A stretch of DNA of 64,000 nucleotides from Eledone cirrhosa (Eukaryota), in the NCBI GenBank assembly GCA_964016885.1, contig OZ024757.1, forward strand, positions 33,108,001 through 33,172,000, written 5' to 3'. This document shows positions 55,508 through 64,000 of this stretch, one piece after another. The position numbers were made by a program, and so were the translations under genes. The notes under the pieces are model-generated. The model was not told the DNA's origin, did no database searches, and saw nothing but the letters and a program-made list of their open reading frames with translations. Within the stretch, counting starts at the first letter, position 1. Every line of letters begins with the position of its first letter.

Positions 55508-57427
55508 CTGAAACACAAAATATTTGGTGAGGAATTCTGGGTTGGGAAGCACAGAACGATCCCCTATCACAGCCATTCGTATCTGTTCAGCGTAGGTAAA
55601 GAATGATATAGCAATGGGTACTTGGTCAGGTGTGGGCATCCAATACATAATACTACGTATGACCTTCGTGTCAAGGGTGAGGACATTTTCTGGGCCTGCC
55701 ATGTTTGAGATGAGGCATGTACAGTGATTATTAATAGTGGACCAAACACGGTCGTGCCAGCTCTCGGGGAGCATACAACTGCTTATCCACATGGCACCGT
55801 TCAAAACGAGGTACTCGGACGACTTTTTAAATTTGGCCATGCTGCACTTGACATGCCACAAACGGGGAATTGCACCTTCGGTGTTCGTCGGGATTGTGCT
55901 ATTTATAAACACGTAATGGTTGCTCATGTTGTTGGTGCACACCTGCATATTCACAGGAATGATGCACTTTAAGTTGAATGGGTTTTCAATGCCGTTCTGT
56001 TGTAGGTAGGAGCGCAACCCTCCCGCCACCAGCGACATAAAGAGATCATTGAGTGTGCAGCGAGCAATTTGTTTCACACGGGTAGCTACAGAGAGGTTGA
56101 AGGGTTGGGACCAGGCCACGATTTTGCGGCCTGACAGGTGAACATGGTTACCATGCAGTAAATTTAGATCCGACTTGGTACAGAGCCACTTTTGTAAAAA
56201 GACCAATGGACCCGTGAAAATTCCGCCTATATAGTTCATGCACATCCTACCCTTGGGTAGATGGCGAGTGGGGCTGAGGTTGGGTTGGTTATCAACAAAA
56301 GCCTTCAAAAAAACTCTAACGAGACTTGTGCTATCAGACATACAAGGGTGGATCCGAAACAGAATTAGTGTGTCCCTGCTCGGTCCGAAATTGTGGATAA
56401 TTTGCACCTCCCACAACGGATGATTCATATTGAGCTCTTTGCTGGCCATTTCCGATACAAAGTCCTGTAGTTCTTCCTCAGTATGGATAAAGTCTGACAA
56501 AGTATGGATGTGATTTTCTAGGTTGAAGTCTTCATCGTAGACCCATGCGTATCCAGTGCAGTATGGAACCACCTTCTGCACAAGGCGTGGGAAGGTGGCT
56601 TGGTTGCGCCGTTTTTCGGCTATGATTAATCGTGTGTAGAGAAGATCCTTGATAGTTGGTGTGTCCAGACCATGCTCGACCACGAGCAGGCACTGGATCA
56701 CAGCGCTATTTAGCGGCGGCGATCGTAGCCACATTTTTTCATGCGTTGTCAGGTGCGTTGCACAACAGCAAGTGCATGCATGAGAATCTTGGCAACAGCA
56801 ACAGCATGTGGCTAGTACCATTTTGAGAATAACGCAGATTGGAAAAAAGGCAAAGATAATGGCATAGAATGGAAAGAAAGCAAGAAGAGAAGCAAAGAAA
56901 AAGAGAAGACTACTCCAAAAGGTGAGGCAGAATGGCTTCCGAGTAAGGGGTTTGATGGGTTTGTAAGGGGCACTCGGGAAACGTTTGGTGAAGATCTGTC
57001 GCCGACTTTCTTCGAGGGTGCGAAAGCGAGCCCGTTCGGAGTTGATGTCTGGCAAGGAGGAGAGATCAATGGACACCTGGTCCCTTCTACCAGGTTTTCC
57101 TGAGGATGCCAGCGGAGACGAGGGCAGGAGGACTGTTGTCAGGCTGTCTCGGTTTTGGGAGTCTTCAGTCTCACTGGACGTATGACTTGTAACGGAGACG
57201 GGCCGGTGGTCGAAGTCATCTCGTTTCATGGGTTGGTATGAGGAGGTGTCGCGCACACTCTGTTGCAAGTGTGGTCGAGTTTGCGGCTGCACATAATGTG
57301 ACTGCTGCTGTTGATGCTGCTGCTGTTGCTGCTGCTGCTGCTCTTGTTTTGACCATAGGGTGCGAGAATCATTGCCATGGCCACCATATTGTGATAGGCG
57401 TGCTGCCATCTGGTGGTGGTCACTCAT
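55508..57427 (-). CDS. Wax ester synthase/diacylglycerol acyltransferase (WS/DGAT)-family protein, coding exon 1 (640 codons)
   Basis: FPRLVQKV...W..D.DFNLENH, L...HPLWEV, FRIHPCMSD, CTLNDLFMSLVAGGLRSY, ISNMAGP and ISFFTYA fit the family. Acceptor at 57463, in-frame upstream stop, donor gtaagt. Confidence 0.9.
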
Positions 57428-58371
57428 AGGCCAAAGGCTACCTATCCATTTCTACAGTGAGGCCTGCAGGAAGACAGAAACAGAGAAAAAAAAGAATTAA
57501 ACACTGACCCTGCATACACATACATACATACACATACATGCATATACAGAGACATTTATGCAAACACATACACACACATACATAGAAATACACATATACA
57601 TTCAAACACACGCATGCAAACACATACACACTCACATAAAAACACACACATATACATTCAAACACCCACATGCAAACACATACATAGAAACACACAAATA
57701 CATTCATACACACACATGCAAACACACACACACATACATTCAAACACACACGTGCAAACCCATACACACACACAAATACCTGCATACACACACATGCAAA
57801 CCCATACAAACTTAAATACATACATACACACGCAGATACAAATACATACAGACATACAAACTTAAATGCATTCACATACATACACACATAAATACAAACA
57901 CATACATACAGACATCATCATCATCATCATCATCATCGTTTAATGTCTATTTTCCATACTAGAATGGGTTAGATGGGTTTGTCTCATTAGAGGCAGTTGG
58001 GTCTTGCTCATATAGGACTGTTTCTAGCTAAATTTCTATGGCTGGATGCCCTTCCTAATGCCAACCACATCTACAGTGTGGGCTGGGTGCTTTTTGTCGT
58101 GTCTCCTACACAACCACCTTACAGTGTAGGCTGGGTGCTTTTTGTCATGAAACCTACACGCCTACCTTACAGTCTGGGCTGGGTGCATGCATAAACATGC
58201 ATTTAAGAACAAACACATACCTACAAACACAAACAGATACAGATATACATACAGACACACAAACTTAAAAACATACATATAAACACAAACACATATATAC
58301 ACGCAAATATACACATATACATACAAACGCACACATATACGCAAATATACACATATACATACAAACGCACA

Positions 58372-58647
58372 CGACCACCGCAAGGTGGTCGTGGAGGTGC
58401 CACGGCAAAAAAGCACCCAGCCCACACTGTAAAGTGGACGTGTAGGCGCCACGAAAAAGCACCCAGCACTCACTGTAAATGAGGTTGGTGTTAGGAAGGG
58501 CATCCAGCTGTAGAAATCAAGCCAGATCAGTTCCTGTATGAGCAAGGCATGGTCAGCCGACCAGACACTGCCCACAACAGGACAACCCGTCTAACCCATG
58601 CTAGCGTGGAAGAACGGACGTAAAACGGTGATGATGATGATGATGAT
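58372..58647 (+). mobile_element. RTE 3'UTR-only copy
   Basis: Essentially identical to the reverse complement of 59154-59430. Confidence 0.92.
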
Positions 58648-58677
58648 ACATGTATAAACACATTCATACAAGCACAT

Positions 58678-58708
<31 letters not shown>

Positions 58709-58758
58709 ATAATAATAATACAAGAACGATTTGTTATGTCTTCAGTACGTTTATTGAT

Positions 58759-58834
58759 TGGTGATGTGCGTTTCGCTATTGATCAGCTCAAGATTCGATC
58801 TGTATCGATTTGGCCTGACTCTGGAATCAAAAGC
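58759..58834 (-). ncRNA. Degenerate type I hammerhead with an extended stem II
   Basis: GGT-TTGACGA-GCTTTTGAT...ATCAATAGC-GAAA-CGCACA-TC|ACC, followed by AATAAA. Confidence 0.45.
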
Positions 58835-59153
58835 TCGTCAAACCTCGACTTAGCTCTACACCTCGATACAGACGTGAATCTTAACAGTGAGTGCTCACCT
58901 TGGTGAACCTAGAGTAACTTCACGTTGCACTTCCTATATATATATATACCTTCTTTATTATTGACTCCAAAAGGATGAAAGGAAAAGTAGACTTTGGCAG
59001 CATTTGAACTTATATTAGAGAGAGCTGGGATAAATATCCAAAACTAACAACATTGCTAGATCAAACACACACACATATATACAGGGTGTTCCAAAAAAAT
59101 GCATACACACTTCAATAGCAATTTAATATGTGCATACATTTTTGTATATATAT

Positions 59154-62100
59154 ATCATCATCATCATCATCATCACCGTTTTACGTCCGTTCTTCCACGC
59201 TAGCATGGGTTAGACGGGTTGTCCTGTTGTGGGCAGTGTCTGGTCGGCTGACCATGCCTTGCTCATACAGGAACTGATCTGGCTTGATTTCTACAGCTGG
59301 ATGCCCTTCCTAACACCAACCTCATTTACAGTGAGTGCTGGGTGCTTTTTCGTGGCGCCTACACGTCCACTTTACAGTGTGGGCTGGGTGCTTTTTTTCC
59401 GTGGCACCTCCACGACCACCTTGCGGTGGGGGGGGGGGGGGGGCATATTGTTTATATGCTTCAGCATGTACCCATGGGAGGTCGGGTACCCTGTATTACT
59501 GCGTGACGCCAGAAGTCACGGTCGTGTGTCATTGACTTTGAGAGGTGTAGTTGGGTAAGGTCGGCTTTTATCACCTCATCCCAAGTCATCTTGGGTCTCC
59601 CCACTCCGCGGTTTCCATCAACTTCTAGTGCTCTGCACCTTTTTATGCAGCTGTCATCCTTCATACGCATCACATGTCCATACCAGCGTAACCGCCTCTC
59701 CTGCACGCAGCATTTGATTCCTCTTATGCTCAGTCTCTCTCTCAATTCATTTATGCTTTGTCGTTCACGTATATTACTGTTACACATCCATCGGAGCATG
59801 CAGGCTTCGTTTCTCTCTAATCTACGTAAGTCTTCCACCTTCAGCGCCCAGGTCTCACTACCATGCAACATCGCTGTTCGGATACACGCATCATACAGTC
59901 TGCCTTTCATTCTGAGGGAGAAGCCTTTTGCAGCTAGCAGTGGTAGTAGTTCCCTAAATTTCTTCCATCCCGTTCTTACCCTAGTTATTGTACTTTCTGA
60001 GCACCCACCTCCGTTGCTAATTCGGTCACCTAGGTAGCAGAAGCTGTCTACTGTTTCTACAGGGCCCTCCCAGAGATTGGTGGTACTTGTTTCCTGTGGC
60101 TGTTTGCTTGCTGTTTCAGCACAGCTGCTGCATGTGAATCCTACATTCTTAATTAAGCTTCCTGAGATCCCGCTACATCTCTTGTGTACCCATTGTTTGC
60201 ATTTGGGGCAAAGAATGGAGTTCCTACCTACACCTTTCCTACATACTGAGCAAGGCCATTTCCCTGAGGGGATCTGGGTTCTGTTTTCTCGTCTACTTAT
60301 AAGGACCTTAGTCTTTGTCATGTTGACTTTGAGGCCCTTTCTCTCTAGTCCCTGCTTCCAGGTTTGGAATTTATTCTCTAGTTCTACCATAGATTCAGCT
60401 ATGAGTGCGAGGTCATCAGCATACAGGAGTTCCCATGGGCATCCGGTCTTAAACTCCTCCGTTATTGCCTGCAGGACTATGATGAACAGGAGAGGGCTAA
60501 GAACAGAGCCCTGGTGGACCCCAACCTGTACGCTAAATTCCTCGCTATACTCATTGCCAATCCTAACTTTGCTGACTGCTCCCCTATACATGGCTTGTAC
60601 CGCTTTCACAAGCCATTCATCTACTCCTAGTTTTCTAAGAGCCCACCAGATTACTGCACGTGGAACTCTGTCAAAGGCTTTCTCAAGGTCGACAAATGCC
60701 AAGTAGAGTGGCTTACTTTTAGCTAGGTACTTTTCCTGTAATTGCCTCACAAGGAAGAGCGCATCAGTGGTGCCTTTCCCTGGAACAAACCCAAATTGCA
60801 TCTCGTCTATATTCACCCGGTCCCTAATCAGCTGTGCTATAACTCTTTCTGTTACTTTCATGACCTGGTCCATCAACTTTATACCTCTATAGTTTCCTCT
60901 ATCTAGTGCATCGCCTTTACCTTTGTAGCAGTTGACAATGATGCTACTGCACCAATCTTTTGGTATGGCCCCCTCTAGTATTACCTGGTTAACGATACGT
61001 GTGGTTATAGTGTGACCTACAGACCCAGATGCCTTCAGCATCTCGGCAGCTATACCCGATGGACCGGTTGCCTTCCCTATCTTCATATCTCTGATTGCCT
61101 TACTTACTACGCTGCCGCTGACTTGTACTGCTGGTCCCTCTATAGGGTCTACGTGGGGTAGGGTCTCTTCTTCCCATGCATTCTCCTCATTTAGTAATCT
61201 ATCATAATGACTCTTCCATGCATCTTTCTTCTCAGCACTTGTGAGGGCAAGCTCACCTTTATCATTCCGGATACACTTCTCTCCAATGACATCACAACTA
61301 TCTCTGACACACTGCCTCGCAATCTTGAATACCTTCTGTTTCTGGTCCTCACGTTGTAAAACATGCTTGAATTTTCTATCCTCTGCTTCCCTCCTAGCTA
61401 AGTATACTTGTCGCCTAGCTTCCCTCTTGGTCTCTATGTAATGTACCCTGCTCCCCCCGTTCTTCCATTCTTTCCATGCCTGTCTCTTGGCCTTGACTGC
61501 TTCATCTACCTTATTGTTCCACCACCAAGTCACTCTCCTCCTGCTTGAGGTCTTACTCCAGCCACAAACCTCATCCGTCGCCTCTAGTAAGTTATTTTTT
61601 AGGAACTCCCAGTTCTCTTCTACGTTAAATGTCTCTATCTGTTCTTCTTTACTGTCGTAGGCGTTGAGTAAAATATCTTTAAATCTGTTACTGGTTGAGG
61701 GGACTTTCAGCTTCCAGATCTTTCTTCTCCAGGTTGGCCTCTGTTTCAGGGCTCGTCTAGTTCTGACCGTGAGGTCGCTGACAACTAAGCTATGTTGGGA
61801 TGTACATTCCTCACTAGGGAAGGCTTTTGTGTTTACGACCGTCCATCTGTCACGTCCTCTGATGAGGATAAAATCTAACTGACTAGAGTGCTCCCCTGAT
61901 CTATAGGTGATCAGGTGGTTGTCGGGTTTTTTAAAGTTTGTGTTACATATCGACATGTCATTGGCGTCGCAGAATTCTAGAAGTCTGAATCCTTCCTCAT
62001 TCCTTGTGCCAACTCCATGGCCTCCATGTACTCTATTGAAGCCGTCGCAGTGTTTACCTACGTGTCCGTTAAAATCTCCTGCAATGATTAGGAAGTCCTT

Positions 62101-62508
62101 GTCGTCTGTTAGAGCAGTAGTGTGTATTAGGGACTCGTAAAACCTATCCTTAAGTTCGTCTGGCAGCCCCGATTGGGGTGCGTAAGCTGATATTATTGTG
62201 GTAATTGTCTTATTCAGGACTAGTCTGAGTTTAATGATTCTTGCATTTACCCTGTACACTGAGATTACTTTATCTACCCACTTGTCAGCTAATAGTATAC
62301 CTACACCACCCATCCCATCGTCATTTCCCACCCAGAAAAATTTGTAGCACTGGCTTTTTCCTACAAGGACTCTAGCAGACCCTCCTCTCCATCTAGTCTC
62401 TTGCACACAGCATACATCAACTTCCTTTCGCTCTAGCATTTCTACGATTTCTCCTGCTCTTCCTTTCATTGAGCCTACATTGATGGTACCAACTCGGAGT
62501 TTTGGGCA
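59154..62508 (-). mobile_element. Young RTE-clade LINE with an uninterrupted APE-RT ORF (59461-62508), lacking its 5'UTR
   Basis: APE motifs (CVQETRW, GDFNGH, LDFI, SQHSLV), RT motifs (QFGF, AFVDLEKAFD, GVHQGSVLSP, YADD), RLRWYGHV..GRPKMTW, (GAT)n tail, and TSD TTTGTATATATAT at 59141-59153 and 62509-62521. Confidence 0.97.
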
Positions 62509-62510
62509 TT

Positions 62511-62564
<54 letters not shown>

Positions 62565-62631
62565 ATATATATATGTATATGTATATAATATACACACTTA
62601 CACATGCACACACATATATATATATATTATC

Positions 62632-63030
62632 ATACGTAGTTTAGAAAGCCACAACAATGCAGATGGGAAATCTCGAGGTAGGAAGTGAATGATAGATAGG
62701 AGAAATAGGAGAAAGTTGTGATGTCGTTAAACAGGAATGCCGCATTCCTGTTTAACGACATCACAACTTTCTTCGGCTTAGCCTGTTCCCCCCCTTTTTG
62801 GAACTTTCCCCCGTTGATGGGCGTGAGCCCGAAATATTGGGATTAAATCTCCACTACGGTAACCCTTCTACCTTTGTTTTGTTTTCATCTTTGTCTCTCT
62901 CAATTTTCACTTTCTCCTATTTCTCCTATCTATCATTCACTTCCTACCTCGAGATTTCCCATCTGCATTGTTGTGGCTTTCTAAACTACGTATTTTACAC
63001 ATTTCACAATGCTTCAAGCAAACTTTAACA
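62632..63030. mobile_element. Penelope-like pseudo-LTR with an inverted duplication, internal palindrome and decayed hammerhead
   Basis: 62632-62715 is the inverse of 62910-62993. Palindrome at 62710-62772. TTCC-CCGTTGA-T-GGGC GTGA GCCC-GAAA-TATT|GGGA at ~62806-62842. Confidence 0.65.
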
Positions 63031-63208
63031 CCCTCTTATATATATTATCATCGTCGTGGCTATTTTTCCTTCCTTGCATGGATATATATATATATATATA
63101 TATGCAAGAGATGTCAACATGAATGGACCTGTTATTTTTATCTAAAGACATTTTTTTTTTCCAATTCCATCACGCCCGACCTCTCAATCTATTTTATTTG
63201 TCATTCTT

Positions 63209-63244
63209 TCTTCTGATGAAAGACTAGTGTCCGAAACGTTAAGA
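63209..63244 (+). ncRNA. Minimal type I hammerhead motif
   Basis: TCTT-CTGATGA-AAGAC TAGT GTCC-GAAA-CG-TT|AAGA with palindromic stem III AACGTT and an imperfect stem II base. Confidence 0.55.
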
Positions 63245-63579
63245 CCCTCTTCCTGCTATATCAAGCGTTAACCTAATATATACCTTCCATATACTGTACC
63301 GATTGTGTTGTTATTTCTGTTCACCTTTTACATACACATATATATATGTATATATATATATACACACACACAGAAGTACATACACACAAACACACACAAA
63401 CCACAAACATATGATGACAGATAGCTGCACAATATTTGTTATATATTAAATGTCAAATGGAAATGTTAAGTGTGGCCTACAAAGGAGAGGGAGGAGAACA
63501 AGGTGAAGGTGTTAGATGGACTCATGGGGGAGGGGAGAAAGAGAGGAAAGAGTGAACATGTGAGGGGGAGGTGAAGTGA

Positions 63580-63714
<135 letters not shown>

Positions 63715-64000
63715 GGGGTTAGCGTGTCAGGTGGAGGTATGTGGTGAAGTGAGGATATATCATCATCATCATTATTTTATGCCCGCTTTTCCCTGCTTGC
63801 AAGGGTGGGACGGCAACTGATTCTGGCTTGATTTCTACAGGTGGACGCCCTTCCTAACACCAACCTCATTTACAGTGAGTGCTGGGTGCTTTTTTGCCAT
63901 GGCACCTCCACGACCACTTTGCAGTGGAGTGATATGGACCCCAGTCCCTATCATCTCATTTCTACAGCTGAGTAAACTGGAGCAATGTGAAATAAAGTGT

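Noticed and set aside
62509-62613. N-terminal 35 aa of the 1050-aa ORF
   Set aside because: Lies in the TSD and TA tract outside the element, so the upstream start is incidental.

Overview
AT-rich, microsatellite-laden eukaryotic DNA that looks like an octopod cephalopod, inferred from the SINE/RTE/CR1 repeat families and long TA/CA tracts. Most ORFs in the supplied track are microsatellite artefacts. Three spliced genes can be rebuilt by hand. (1) The 3' part of a + strand mucin-linker/double-VWA (collagen VI/matrilin-like) gene at ~692-15095. (2) The last four exons of COP1/RFWD2 on the - strand at 39013-40664, cut off by a 200-N gap. (3) A - strand bacterial-type WS/DGAT-family gene at 46917-57463 whose catalytic HHxxxDG motif reads HPCMSDS. 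Mobile elements include a young RTE LINE with an open ORF, a TSD and a PHD-type finger, an internally deleted DD37D Tc1/mariner, TTAA-flanked piggyBac-type MITEs, CR1/CRE/R4/Penelope fragments and many SINEs. The window also holds about nine Penelope-type type I hammerhead ribozyme motifs and many fold-back inverted repeats. All calls are by eye, with no database searches.
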